Virus record (IMG/VR): IMGVR_UViG_3300023213_000432
Span: 192,001-256,000 of that record
DNA from: a virus
Taxonomy: Duplodnaviria; Caudoviricetes
Direction: 5' to 3' (one strand)
DNA length: 64,000 bases
Shown here: one piece after another, positions 1-9,859 of the stretch
Layout: the number at the start of each line of letters is the position of its first letter
Numbering within the stretch: the first letter of the stretch is position 1
Program-made: the position numbers and the translations under genes
The notes under the pieces: generated by a model
Database searches by the model: none
What the model was told of the DNA's origin: nothing
The model's input: only the letters and a program-made list of their open reading frames with translations

Positions 1-568
1 CATTTTTGAACAACGACAACTCTCCCATAAACAAAAAGGTTCTAACAATAAAAACAAACAAAGAAAGGTAGTCGCAAAAATACACGAACGAATAGCCAAC
101 AGCAGAAATGATTTTCTTCATAAACTGACAAAACAACTAATTGACGAAAACCAAGTCATTATAGCAGAAACTCTGTCAGTTAAAAACATGATGAAAAATC
201 ACTGCTTGGCGAAGTCAATCTCGGATGCTAGCTGGGGAGAACTGGTAAGACAGTTAGAATATAAATCTAAATGGTATGGAAGAACTTTCCATCAAATAGA
301 TAAATTCTTCCCATCCAGTAAAACCTGTCATAATTGTCAGTTTGTATTAAATGATCTGCCATTATCGATCAGAGAATGGGATTGTCCAAGTTGCAAACAG
401 CATCATGATCGAGATATAAATGCTTCTCTTAATATAAGAGATAAGGGCATGATAGATTTAAACTTGTCTGGTTGTGGGATACAATCGGACATTAAACAAA
501 AACGCGGTGAGGCGCCAATGTTAATTGGGTCAATGAAACGCGAAGCTTTTGCCTTAAGGCAAGAGTAA
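1..568 (+). CDS. tnpB: TnpB (IS200/IS605 family RNA-guided nuclease), 5' truncated by the window edge
   Basis: Frame is open from nt 2. RuvC-II E (IIAETL), zinc finger CHNC/CPSC, RuvC-III DRDINA. Near-identical to 8661..9854. Confidence 0.93.
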   Translation, partial: IFEQRQLSHKQKGSNNKNKQRKVVAKIHERIANSRNDFLHKLTKQLIDENQVIIAETLSVKNMMKNHCLAKSISDASWGELVRQLEYKSKWYGRTFHQIDKFFPSSKTCHNCQFVLNDLPLSIREWDCPSCKQHHDRDINASLNIRDKGMIDLNLSGCGIQSDIKQKRGEAPMLIGSMKREAFALRQE

Positions 569-573
569 TTCAC
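1..573 (+). mobile_element. IS200/IS605-type tnpB element copy A (right end)
   Basis: Subterminal hairpin CTTTTGCC-TTAA-GGCAAGAG (546-565) then TAATTCAC (end 573); same end as copy B. Confidence 0.8.
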
Positions 574-722
574 CAGCATATTCGATTACTTTTTTTTTCG
601 TATAACCATTGGCAATTTTTGATTTCCACTTCCTATCAAACCAGATGTAGCTTTTTTGGACAAACTCTGTATAGAATTAGTAAAGCGTTCCTTATTCGCT
701 TAAATTTTTGGCATTCCATTAA

Positions 723-1055
723 ATGACTAATATCCAATTAACACCAGCCGCTCTTGACCAAATCAAAAAACAAATTGCTCTTCGTGGAACGCCTGACGTT
801 TATCTGCGATTAGGAATTAAGGGTGGTGATTGTGCTGGGTTTTCCTATGTCCTTTCATACGAGGACAAAGAGCCTAAAGAGCGAGATATTTCTTTCCAGA
901 TTGATGGCATCAAAGTAATCATTGACAAGAAAAGCATTCTTTATTTAGAAGGCGTCACACTTGACTGGAAATCATCTTTAATGGAACAAGGTTTCTTTTT
1001 TATCAATCCACATGAAAAAAGCCGCTGTTCCTGCGGTAAATCATTTTCTGTTTAG
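723..1055 (+). CDS. iscA: HesB/IscA-family Fe-S cluster assembly scaffold
   Basis: GGDCAGFSY and C-terminal CSCGKSF motifs. Confidence 0.92.
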   Translation: MTNIQLTPAALDQIKKQIALRGTPDVYLRLGIKGGDCAGFSYVLSYEDKEPKERDISFQIDGIKVIIDKKSILYLEGVTLDWKSSLMEQGFFFINPHEKSRCSCGKSFSV

Positions 1056-1091
1056 CATGTTATATATCTCCATGATCCTTCAAAGGAAATC

Positions 1092-2195
1092 ATGGGGAAC
1101 GCCCTCAATCTACAAGAAATAAATCAAGAAGAAGCGCTTAATCTTACAAAGTTCTACATACAATCCAATCAAAATTGTTTCTTTTTTGGACGTCGTGGAA
1201 CAGGAAAGACTGAAATTAGTATTCAAGCCGCCAAAGAATGCGGGTATCGAGTAAATTATATTAATCTATCAGTTTTAGAGCGCAGCGATCTCTTAGGAAT
1301 GCCGTCGTTATTTGACAAAAGCGAAGTGGTTAATTACAAGTCTCCTGTTTTTTTACCTTCGTTAAGTAAAGATGAAAAACCGAACACTGTGCTTGTGTTT
1401 GATGAAATTGACAAGTGCTATCATGATCTTACCGCCCCTTTGTTAGAGGTGTTGCAGTTTCGACGAATAAATGATCGCCCGCTTAATGTGGTCTCTTGTA
1501 TTCTTACTGGCAATCTCCCTAATGAGGAAACATTAAGTTCTCAAATATCCACAGCTGTTTTGGATCGAGGTGCTAAATATATTCTCTCTTTCAATTTAGA
1601 AAAGTGGTTAGAATGGGCTAAAGCTCACAATGTGCATGATCTTATCTTGGGATTTTTGAGTAAGCATCCTGATTTGGCTTGTGGTGAGCCAGATGATGTT
1701 AATTATGCTTCTCCATCTCCTCGTGGCTGGACGTTGGCCTCTCATGCTATCATCAAAGCTAGGATATTGAAGATCGTAGATATTAAGACTATCACTCAAA
1801 TAATTGCTGGTTTTGTTGGTCATAATGCGGCGGCATTGTTCGAAATTTGGTATTCTTGTTTTAGAAAATTTGACCCTTATGTGGTAAATTTGATTGAAGC
1901 AGGTAAGATGACTTTGGACTTTTCTCTTTTGGAACCTACAGAGAAAATTGTTTTTGTTATTGCAGTTTGCCTTCATACTAAACTAAAAACGTTGGAAGCT
2001 AAAACTAAAAATAAATTTCTTTTTTTAGAAAACTTATGTAAGTTTTATGCAGGATACCCCATTGATCCTGAAACTAAGTTAATGGGATTGAATAATGCTT
2101 TTACTTTCGAGATGATTGCGGCTCAGAAATGGTATGCTTGCAAGCCGTTTTTTGAATTGTTTAGTCAGATTGTTCAAGGAACAACTATAAAATGA
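1092..2195 (+). CDS. MoxR/dynein-related AAA+ ATPase
   Basis: Walker A GRRGTGKT, Walker B VFDEID, TGN sensor, SPRGW motif. Confidence 0.82.
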   Translation: MGNALNLQEINQEEALNLTKFYIQSNQNCFFFGRRGTGKTEISIQAAKECGYRVNYINLSVLERSDLLGMPSLFDKSEVVNYKSPVFLPSLSKDEKPNTVLVFDEIDKCYHDLTAPLLEVLQFRRINDRPLNVVSCILTGNLPNEETLSSQISTAVLDRGAKYILSFNLEKWLEWAKAHNVHDLILGFLSKHPDLACGEPDDVNYASPSPRGWTLASHAIIKARILKIVDIKTITQIIAGFVGHNAAALFEIWYSCFRKFDPYVVNLIEAGKMTLDFSLLEPTEKIVFVIAVCLHTKLKTLEAKTKNKFLFLENLCKFYAGYPIDPETKLMGLNNAFTFEMIAAQKWYACKPFFELFSQIVQGTTIK

Positions 2196-2199
2196 GAAC

Positions 2200-2227
2200 T
2201 TGACAACTAATTTTTTGGAATTACACT
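2200..2227 (+). promoter_or_regulatory. sigma70-like promoter
   Basis: TTGACA-N16-TACACT upstream of thioredoxin. Confidence 0.5.
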
Positions 2228-2245
2228 ATTGGGAATGAGGTAAAA

Positions 2246-2569
2246 ATGAGCGAGTTGAAGATGATTGATGATGAGAATTTTGATAGCGAAGTATTAAAAT
2301 CGGAAGTGCCAGTATTGATAGATTTTGGGGCAACATGGTGCCCTCCTTGTAAAGCGCAACTTCCTATTCTAGAAGAGTTCGCCGCTTCTCATCAAGAAGA
2401 AATTAAGGTAGTCAAGATTGATATCGATGATAGTCCCCGTTCAACATCGAGGTTTGGCATTCGTTCCATTCCTGCATTGATGTTGTTCAATAAAGGACAC
2501 CGAATAGATACCAAGGTGGGGCTGACATCATTGGCCGGATTGACTGAGATGTTAAAAAAAGTTGGTTGA
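2246..2569 (+). CDS. trxA: Thioredoxin
   Basis: FGATWCPPCK active site, SIP cis-Pro motif. Confidence 0.95.
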   Translation: MSELKMIDDENFDSEVLKSEVPVLIDFGATWCPPCKAQLPILEEFAASHQEEIKVVKIDIDDSPRSTSRFGIRSIPALMLFNKGHRIDTKVGLTSLAGLTEMLKKVG

Positions 2570-2576
2570 TTTGAAA

Positions 2577-3500
2577 ATGTTGAAAGTTATTATGCTAGTG
2601 GGTGCTCCTGCATCTGGAAAATCCACATGGGCTAAGCAGGAAATTGCCAAAGATCCGCTCAATTGGTGTCGGATTTCTAATGATGATTTACGAAATATGT
2701 GTAACGGATATGTTTTTTCTGCCGGATATGAGAAGTTTATCACCGATATCCGCAATCATCTTTTACGAGAAGCGCTGCACCGAAATATGAATGTTATTTT
2801 GGACAATGTCAATTCCAACAATAAACACTGGGAAACGACTTGTAAAATCGCGGTGGAGTCCCATAAGAACGTACAGGTGTTTGAAAAACATTTCTTTGAG
2901 GAACTAGATGTGTTGTTGGAGCGCAATGCTAAACGAGAAGGATCAGCTCGAGTTCCCGATGAAGCAGTAAAACGATTTTTCAAGGAATTGGGCGGAACAC
3001 AATTTAAGTTTTCCAATTCAAAAAATGAAACTTTTTTCAAACGGAACCAAGAAGTTGTAGATGCTCCTGTTTGGAATGATTCTCTTTCCACAGCTATAAT
3101 TTCAGATTTGGACGGAACACTTGCACTAATACACAATCGTAACCCATATGATGCTTCTGATTGTGACATTAAAGATTTACCGAATACGCCAGTAGTAAAA
3201 TCTGTTCAGCTTTATCATGACGCTGGATACAAAATAGTATTCTGTTCAGGACGTGAGGATAAATTTGAGCCTGAAACTCGACGTTTCATAGATAAACATT
3301 TGCCTAATATTACATATGAGCTTCATATGCGTAAGACGGGTGATTTCAGAAAAGATGCTATTATCAAAGAAGAAATTTATCGCAATAATATTGAAGGAAA
3401 ATATAATGTGATATTAATTTTGGATGATCGCGGACAAGTGGTTTCCTTATGGAGGTCACTAGGATTAACTTGTTTTCAGGTTGCTCCTGGAGAATTTTGA
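2577..3500 (+). CDS. pseT: T4 PseT-like polynucleotide 5'-kinase/3'-phosphatase
   Basis: GAPASGKST P-loop, HAD motif DLDGT, SGR, DDR...GLTCFQV C-terminus. Start placed at ATG 2577. Confidence 0.93.
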   Translation: MLKVIMLVGAPASGKSTWAKQEIAKDPLNWCRISNDDLRNMCNGYVFSAGYEKFITDIRNHLLREALHRNMNVILDNVNSNNKHWETTCKIAVESHKNVQVFEKHFFEELDVLLERNAKREGSARVPDEAVKRFFKELGGTQFKFSNSKNETFFKRNQEVVDAPVWNDSLSTAIISDLDGTLALIHNRNPYDASDCDIKDLPNTPVVKSVQLYHDAGYKIVFCSGREDKFEPETRRFIDKHLPNITYELHMRKTGDFRKDAIIKEEIYRNNIEGKYNVILILDDRGQVVSLWRSLGLTCFQVAPGEF

Positions 3501-3534
3501 TCAAAAAATTTAGAAACTTTCTGGAATCATAGTA

Positions 3535-4269
3535 ATGAACCAAATCTTTAATCAAGACTGTCTCGATATGAACGTTAGCGATCTATCTTTGGTGTATTTG
3601 GATCCGCCTTATGCCTCTGTTAGCGAAGATCGTTATTATGGCATTGGAAAAGATATCAACGAATATCTTGATTACATGGAAGCAAGGCTCACCAAAATTT
3701 TCTCTTTTATGGACAAGAAAGCCTCCAATATTCTTCTTCATGCTGATTTTAAGTGTGTTCATTATCTTAAAGTTAGGGCAGATGCTATTTTTGGTAGGAA
3801 CAATTTCCAGAACGAGATTATCTGGTGTTATACTAATCCAAGCAGTGTCAAAGCTCATCTTCCAAGAAAGCACGATAATATTTTGTGGTATGGTATCGGA
3901 GACTATGCTTTCAATCAAGAGTTTGTTCCATATACCGGTAATTTGCGAGTAGGTGGGAAAACTTCTTGGAATTCAGATGTCAAACTAGAAAATTACCTAG
4001 ATAAGGGGAAAAAACTAGAAGATTATTGGACGGATATCCCGGCGTTATGTCGTAATGAAAGCGAGAAGCTTGGATATCCCACGCAAAAACCAATCAAGTT
4101 AATGGAACGAATTATTAAAATGTTTTCTAATAAGGGAGATTTAGTGTGCGATCCTTTCTGCGGGAGTGGAAGTTTTTTGGAAGCAGCTAGACTATTGGAA
4201 CGAAATTTTGTGGGTTATGATATTTCTTTGCAGGCATGTGAGATAGTCAAAAAAAGATTGGGTATATGA
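3535..4269 (+). CDS. N6-adenine/N4-cytosine DNA methyltransferase (beta-class motif order)
   Basis: DPPY, YPTQKP, DPFCGSG. Confidence 0.92.
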   Translation: MNQIFNQDCLDMNVSDLSLVYLDPPYASVSEDRYYGIGKDINEYLDYMEARLTKIFSFMDKKASNILLHADFKCVHYLKVRADAIFGRNNFQNEIIWCYTNPSSVKAHLPRKHDNILWYGIGDYAFNQEFVPYTGNLRVGGKTSWNSDVKLENYLDKGKKLEDYWTDIPALCRNESEKLGYPTQKPIKLMERIIKMFSNKGDLVCDPFCGSGSFLEAARLLERNFVGYDISLQACEIVKKRLGI

Positions 4270-4508
4270 TTTTTGCGATCGGTATTTTGTTAGCTTTATT
4301 AATTATTTACTTTCTGTTTATTAGAGGAATATTGTGGAAAGGAATTGTTGGAGCTTTTGCTTTTTATGGAATGCGATTATTTTTGCTGACTTATTTTCCT
4401 AGCAGCCACAATATTTGTATGATAACGGTGGGACATAATTTCATGTGGGCCGAGATTGTTCCGTTGGTGGTATTGTTAATGGCTGCTATATGTTCGAGAG
4501 ATAAGTAA
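4266..4508 (+). CDS. Small membrane protein
   Basis: Three hydrophobic segments; start overlaps upstream stop (ATGA). Confidence 0.65.
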   Translation: MIFAIGILLALLIIYFLFIRGILWKGIVGAFAFYGMRLFLLTYFPSSHNICMITVGHNFMWAEIVPLVVLLMAAICSRDK

Positions 4509-4826
4509 ATGTTTAAATCTTTTAACTTTAAATATTTAGATCATGATTCAAAGAAAGCTAAGTATCGATACGAAATCATTATTGTGGATGATGATTTTAC
4601 CGAAGTCGCCGACGCGCTCGTTTGTGGTCGTCCCACTGCCGACGCCGCCGCCGCATTAATCACTATTTATTCTCGAAGAAATCTCAACGTAGCTGGTAAT
4701 TTAGCGTTGTTTATGCAATTTACAGAACATGAATGGTCATGGCGAAGTATTGAATGGCATCAAAAAGAAATTCCAGAATACCCAAAATACCACGATCAAG
4801 TAATAGGCTATCTAGCATTTATGTAA
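4509..4826 (+). CDS. Orphan paralog family protein, copy 1
   Basis: Shares IVDDDFTE, IYSRRNLNVAGNL and KYHDQV with 9881, 10223 and 51754. Confidence 0.8.
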   Translation: MFKSFNFKYLDHDSKKAKYRYEIIIVDDDFTEVADALVCGRPTADAAAALITIYSRRNLNVAGNLALFMQFTEHEWSWRSIEWHQKEIPEYPKYHDQVIGYLAFM

Positions 4827-4830
4827 AAAT

Positions 4831-5034
4831 ATGAAATATAATCAATTAATGAATGAAAGCGGATTTTTAACTCCACAAGGTAAGAAATGGATAGATGATA
4901 AGATTTTGCCCAGCATCATCGAGATTCTTGATGACATGGAGACAGAAAATCAAATGCGAATTGTAGGTGGCGCTTTGTCCAAACAAATTGGGGATCTAAT
5001 TGCAAATAAGTTGGTGGAACGAAAATTTACGTAA
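4831..5034 (+). CDS. Hypothetical protein
   Basis: ORF tightly packed in the operon. Confidence 0.6.
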   Translation: MKYNQLMNESGFLTPQGKKWIDDKILPSIIEILDDMETENQMRIVGGALSKQIGDLIANKLVERKFT

Positions 5035-5058
5035 AATTAAAACAATCTAAAGTGCCCG

Positions 5059-6270
5059 ATGTTATTAGTTCAACAATTGTTACAAACCAAAACATTTAAA
5101 GATTTAGAAAATGAGCACGGCGTTTTTGCTTCTTTTGATAAGTCTGGGAAATTTTGGAGCCTAAACTATGATCAGATTTTATCAAAAGAGAGTGATCTTC
5201 TTGCTCAGCAATGCCGCGGATTAATTTTGACTTGTGCAGATGGCAAATCCTTAAATCCAATAGCAAAAGAAGCAAACAACGGATTAGATTACAGTGATAT
5301 TTGTCCTGGCTCTACTGCCATTTTGGCGGCACCTCTTTTTAGGTTTTTCAATGAAGGTCAAGGCGCCGCTGCTAAAATAAATTGGGACAATCCCGACCTT
5401 AAAATTTATGAGAAAATGGATGGGTCTTTAATAATCGTTTGGTATAATTCATTTTCTAATGAGTGGAATGTAGCCACTCGAAGTGTGCCTCGGGCTGATC
5501 TTTTAATGGATAATGGGCTTTATACTTTTCGCACTTTGTTCGAGAAAGTATTAATAGAAACTACAGGCATAACATTTGGGGTCTGGTCTGATAAATTGAA
5601 CCAAGACATCACTTATTGTTTTGAATTATGTAGCCAATATAACAAAATTGTAGTTAGCTATCCAATAAGTTCAATTACGTTAATTGCTGCAAGGAATATT
5701 AAAACATTGCAAGAAATTGACATATCCGAATTAGATATAGGTATCCGTCATGTTCGATCTTATTCTACTATGTCCGTCGCTGAATTGGTAAATTGGGTTT
5801 CTACCCTCAATCCTCTAGAACATGAAGGCGTAGTAGTTAGAGATAGCAATTTCAATCGAATTAAAGTAAAGAATGCTAATTACGTTGCCTACTCGAAAGT
5901 TCGTGATAGTCTTGGGCACTCTGAACGAAATTGTATGGAACTTATTCTTTTAGGTAAGGATGACGATGTAGCATCTTTTCTCCCTGAAGAAATTGTCCAA
6001 AATCTAGCTCAACTCAAAGTCAAACTTAATGCCCTTATTCGGCATTACGATGAGATTTATCAATCTGTTGCTAAGGAAGCTACCGATAGAAAATCTTTTG
6101 CTTTGTTAATTGCCAAAAATAAAGAATTGTGGGGCGCCCCCCTTTTCCAAATCTATGCTCGAAAGTGTTCCGATGTCCGTGATTTTATTGAGAAAAATAA
6201 GAAGAACGGCTCTTATTCTGCTGGTTTTCTTGATAAGTTGTTGGATTTGACAAAATCATTTTCAGTGTGA
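5059..6270 (+). CDS. T4 Rnl1-like RNA ligase
   Basis: Motif I EKMDGSL, FELCS, EGVVVRD, RIKVK; N-terminal LNY/CRGLIL typical of phage Rnl1. Confidence 0.88.
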   Translation: MLLVQQLLQTKTFKDLENEHGVFASFDKSGKFWSLNYDQILSKESDLLAQQCRGLILTCADGKSLNPIAKEANNGLDYSDICPGSTAILAAPLFRFFNEGQGAAAKINWDNPDLKIYEKMDGSLIIVWYNSFSNEWNVATRSVPRADLLMDNGLYTFRTLFEKVLIETTGITFGVWSDKLNQDITYCFELCSQYNKIVVSYPISSITLIAARNIKTLQEIDISELDIGIRHVRSYSTMSVAELVNWVSTLNPLEHEGVVVRDSNFNRIKVKNANYVAYSKVRDSLGHSERNCMELILLGKDDDVASFLPEEIVQNLAQLKVKLNALIRHYDEIYQSVAKEATDRKSFALLIAKNKELWGAPLFQIYARKCSDVRDFIEKNKKNGSYSAGFLDKLLDLTKSFSV

Positions 6271-6318
6271 TATAGAATATAATAGTTGTTAGAACAACAA
6301 ATAACCTACGGAGATCAT

Positions 6319-6750
6319 ATGTTATCAATTTGGAATAATCCTTTTTTGTCGGTGCGAACAAAGTCAGACACTAAATTATCTACTAAGAGCTACATTGATC
6401 GTCTCTTTAAAGATACTTTTGAAATCGAAATGGGCGATTTGTTTCATCCAATAATTCAAATAGGAATAGAGCAGAAAGCCGATAATGGTAATATGGTTGT
6501 TTCTGTAGATCTTCCCGGCATCGCTGAAGAAGACATTAATGTTGAATTAGTAGATAATGTCATCACCATTAAAGGCGAGAGAAAAACTCAAACTTCTGCC
6601 TATTCTGTTCAAAAATCTTTTACTATCCCAGAAGGATATGATCCAAATGACATTAAGGCGGAACTGAAGAATGGCGTTTTGACATTTACTTTTGTTAGCA
6701 AAACGCCTATCAAATCAGAACCTAAAAAGATAGCCATCACCACCAAATAA
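6319..6750 (+). CDS. Hsp20/alpha-crystallin small heat-shock protein
   Basis: DLPG, ITIKGER, AELKNGVLT. ATG 6319 preceded by GGAG. Confidence 0.92.
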   Translation: MLSIWNNPFLSVRTKSDTKLSTKSYIDRLFKDTFEIEMGDLFHPIIQIGIEQKADNGNMVVSVDLPGIAEEDINVELVDNVITIKGERKTQTSAYSVQKSFTIPEGYDPNDIKAELKNGVLTFTFVSKTPIKSEPKKIAITTK

Positions 6751-6819
6751 TTTTCTAGTCATACTAGTTTTGAAAGCCAAGCGTTTATACCCTTGACTTT
6801 TGTCGATATATAGTTTGTA

Positions 6820-7551
6820 ATGACTAAGTACTCTCATGGTCGGGATTATGATCATGATTTTTCTCAATGGCTTAAAAAGTGTGAGGACATCACTTTAGAC
6901 ATCCTGTCAGAGAAACGTTCTCATGCGGAACAATTAGATAAACTTCAAACTGAAATTATCCGAGACAATAATTCAGCATTTGCTTGTTTTTTTGCTATTG
7001 ATTTCCCATCTTTTAAACCTTACAGGATGCAAAAAGTTATCTTCGATACTCGGGATCACAAGTATGCCGTGTTATTTGCTCAACAAGTAGAAAATGCAGA
7101 TATCAAAGCCCTCCAAAAATTAGTGATTCAGTCCAAGAAATTAAAATTCATTTGCCAATTTGCTCGTTTGGTGCCTAAAGCTAATCATCGGTTGTTAGAA
7201 AAGATCATCCTAAAATCCAAAGATGTTAAATATGCTCATATGTGGATCAAACATGTCAAAAGCGCCCAGATCAAAAGATTTAAAGATATTATCATTGCTT
7301 CTAAAAATCCCAGCTATTTATTGGAACTAGCTAAACATTTAACTAACCTCCAAGATATTGTCATCATTGAAGATTTAATTATTGCAACTAGTTCTTTTGT
7401 TCATATCCGAGCTATGGCTACCAAAATCAAGCTAGCTAACGTGGATAAACTAGAACAGGCAGTTTTAGAAAGCGGAAACACTAAAGAGATTAGGAAATTC
7501 GCTCGAGCCGTTAAACAATCTAAAATGAAGAAATTCTTACTCGTTGATTGA
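6820..7551 (+). CDS. Hypothetical helical-repeat protein
   Basis: About seven ~27-30 aa degenerate repeats (FACFFAIDF, YAVLFAQQV, FICQFARLV, YLLELAKHL, EIRKFARAV). Confidence 0.65.
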   Translation: MTKYSHGRDYDHDFSQWLKKCEDITLDILSEKRSHAEQLDKLQTEIIRDNNSAFACFFAIDFPSFKPYRMQKVIFDTRDHKYAVLFAQQVENADIKALQKLVIQSKKLKFICQFARLVPKANHRLLEKIILKSKDVKYAHMWIKHVKSAQIKRFKDIIIASKNPSYLLELAKHLTNLQDIVIIEDLIIATSSFVHIRAMATKIKLANVDKLEQAVLESGNTKEIRKFARAVKQSKMKKFLLVD

Positions 7552-8112
7552 ACAGTGATAAATTTTGCAAGTGTTGGCTAGATCAATGGATGTAATGTGA
7601 TCTGATCCATAGTCTATCAAAGGAAACATTAAAGTATAATAATCATTAACATTATGTGGCAATCCAATGCTGTGTCCCAATTCGTGCAAAACTACCATTC
7701 GAAACGCAGACGGATCTATTCTTCCATCTACTAGTTCAATATTAGGAATTAAAGCACGCCCATTGTAAAATCCTAAGATAGTGTGTTCTGATCCGCTAAT
7801 CGCTTCAAGGAACAACACCCTAGGATGCATTGGAGGCTCTTTCAATACCATGATACCATTGGTGACATCCAGAGGCGCATCAGATGGTAATTTGACGACA
7901 TCAAATTCGATAACATGATCGGTGGCATCTGCCCATTCTTCAGCGGCAGAGACAATTTCGTTTGTTTCCGTTTGTGTAAAGTTTGAATCAAGATATAGTA
8001 TTTTATGAAAGTGAGTAGGAGTGGAAAGCGGAGTTTTAATGCATAATAAACTAAACAGAATGATGAGAATAGTGGCGGTAGTGATAGAGTAAAAATGAAG
8101 TGAGCGAAACAT
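7537..8112 (-). CDS. Matrixin (M10-like) zinc metalloprotease with N-terminal signal/anchor
   Basis: HELGHSIGLPH zinc motif, Met-turn LMFP. Confidence 0.88.
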   Translation of the reverse strand: MFRSLHFYSITTATILIILFSLLCIKTPLSTPTHFHKILYLDSNFTQTETNEIVSAAEEWADATDHVIEFDVVKLPSDAPLDVTNGIMVLKEPPMHPRVLFLEAISGSEHTILGFYNGRALIPNIELVDGRIDPSAFRMVVLHELGHSIGLPHNVNDYYTLMFPLIDYGSDHITSIDLANTCKIYHCSINE

Positions 8113-8183
8113 TTGTTAAAAGATGCTTAATTATGGTGGTGAGACCAACAGCCGGAAATTATTGAACAAAAGGGAGGAATGTC

Positions 8184-8212
8184 TTGACACGCGTCTGTTG
8201 GATGTCCATAAT
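8184..8212 (+). promoter_or_regulatory. sigma70-like promoter
   Basis: TTGACA-N17-CATAAT. Confidence 0.6.
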
Positions 8213-8247
8213 AGTGTATATTGATATATCAACAAAGGAATTAACTG

Positions 8248-8475
8248 ATGTTGCGACGTTTCCACTTTGAAAGGGGTAAAGATGTGTCAGGTATTAGCGG
8301 AATTGGAATTGTGGCAGAAGGCGTGTTATTAACCGATACTAAAGAGTGTGTAGTGCATTGGTTGGGAAAGCGCGCTTGCATTAATATCTATCATTCCTTG
8401 GAAGATGTTATTTTTGTCCATGGACATGAAGGAAGTACCCAAATTGTTTGGGACGATCCAGAAGAGAAGAATTGA
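8248..8475 (+). CDS. Small phage-type hypothetical protein
   Basis: R..DVSGISG.G.VAEGV pattern recalled from phage hypotheticals. Confidence 0.65.
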   Translation: MLRRFHFERGKDVSGISGIGIVAEGVLLTDTKECVVHWLGKRACINIYHSLEDVIFVHGHEGSTQIVWDDPEEKN

Positions 8476-8585
8476 AAAAAGATAAATTAAGAACGATTGT
8501 AGTCGGAGATTTACATTGTTGTCTTGTAGAATTTGAAGAGTTATCTAAATTAAGCAGAAAACTCTCGTTTTCAAGCGAAAGATGA
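8472..8585 (+). pseudogene. Truncated metallophosphoesterase N-terminus, cut by tnpB element B
   Basis: TTG start, MKKDKLRTIVVGDLHCCLVEFEELSKL (GDxH motif I), then runs into the IS left end and stops. Confidence 0.65.
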
Positions 8586-9859
8586 ATGCGTTTTCTAGAA
8601 AAGACACACAAAAATAATCTCATTAACAAAAAATATTCATAACGTAAGATATAATTATACGTGATACAAAAAGCTTTCAAATTCCGTCTCTATCCAACTG
8701 GACAGCAAAAAGACTTTCTATCTCAACAATTCGGAGCAGTTCGTTTTGTCTATAATTTCTTCCTTGTCCATCGAAGGGACGAATACTTCAACAATAAGAA
8801 AAGCTTAACTTATTACGACGATGCTAAGAGTCTAACCGAACTAAAATCCAAAAACGGCTATGAATGGCTTTACGATATTAATAGTCAAACTTTGCAAGCC
8901 TCATTAAGAAATCTTGAAGTGGCATATACTAGCTTTTTCAAAAAACGAACCAAATTCCCTCGCTTTCATTCCAAAAAGAATAGACAGTGCATCAAAATAC
9001 CTCAGAATTTCAAGATCGAAAACAACCGCCTTTTTATTCCCAAACTCAAAGATGGGATTAAGATCAATCAGCATCAATCGCTCACCGGCAAACCCATCTG
9101 CTGTTTCATTTCTAAAACGCCATCAGATAAATATTATGTTTCTATCTTATGCGAGACGAATGTCACTCAGTTAAAAAAGAACGATAACGTTATCGGTATT
9201 GATTTAGGCAGTAAGCATATTGTCGTTTCCTCAAATGGATCTAAAATAGAAAACCCCAAGTTCTATCGCAAATTAGAAAAGAAACTCGCTTTTGAGCAGA
9301 AACAACTCTCCCATAAACAAAAAGGTTCTAACAATAAAAATAAACAAAGAAAGGTAGTAGCAAGAATACACGAACGAATAGCTAATAGCAGAAATGATTT
9401 TCTTCACAAACTGACAAAACAACTAATTGACGAAAACCAAGTCATTATAGCGGAAACCCTGTCAGTTAAAAACATGATGAAAAATCATTGTTTGGCGAAA
9501 AGCATATCTGATGCTAGCTGGAGCGAACTGTTAAGACAGTTAGAATATAAGTCTAAATGGTATGGGAGAACTTTTTATCAAATAGATAAGTTTTTTCCAA
9601 GTAGCAAAACCTGTAATAGTTGTCAGTTCGTACTAGATGATCTACCATTATCGATCAGAGAATGGGATTGTCCAAGTTGCAAACAGCATCATGATCGAGA
9701 TATAAATGCCGCCCTCAATATAAGAGATAAAGGCATGATAGATTTAAACTTGTCTGGCTTCGGAATGCAGCCGGACATTAAACAAAAACGCGGTGAGGCG
9801 CTAGTATTAACTAGGTCAATGAAACGCGAAGCTCTTGCTTTCAAGCAAGAGTAATTCAC
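8552..9859 (+). mobile_element. Non-autonomous IS200/IS605 (tnpB-only, IS1341-like) element copy B
   Basis: Left-end imperfect hairpin CTCTCGTTTTCAAGCGAAAG near 8562-8581; right-end hairpin 9832-9851 plus TAATTCAC; no tnpA. Left boundary approximate. Confidence 0.8.
8661..9854 (+). CDS. tnpB: TnpB with intact RuvC D-E-D
   Basis: N-terminal KAFKFRLYP HTH, GIDLG, IIAETL, CNSC/CPSC, DRDINAA. Confidence 0.96.
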   Translation: MIQKAFKFRLYPTGQQKDFLSQQFGAVRFVYNFFLVHRRDEYFNNKKSLTYYDDAKSLTELKSKNGYEWLYDINSQTLQASLRNLEVAYTSFFKKRTKFPRFHSKKNRQCIKIPQNFKIENNRLFIPKLKDGIKINQHQSLTGKPICCFISKTPSDKYYVSILCETNVTQLKKNDNVIGIDLGSKHIVVSSNGSKIENPKFYRKLEKKLAFEQKQLSHKQKGSNNKNKQRKVVARIHERIANSRNDFLHKLTKQLIDENQVIIAETLSVKNMMKNHCLAKSISDASWSELLRQLEYKSKWYGRTFYQIDKFFPSSKTCNSCQFVLDDLPLSIREWDCPSCKQHHDRDINAALNIRDKGMIDLNLSGFGMQPDIKQKRGEALVLTRSMKREALAFKQE

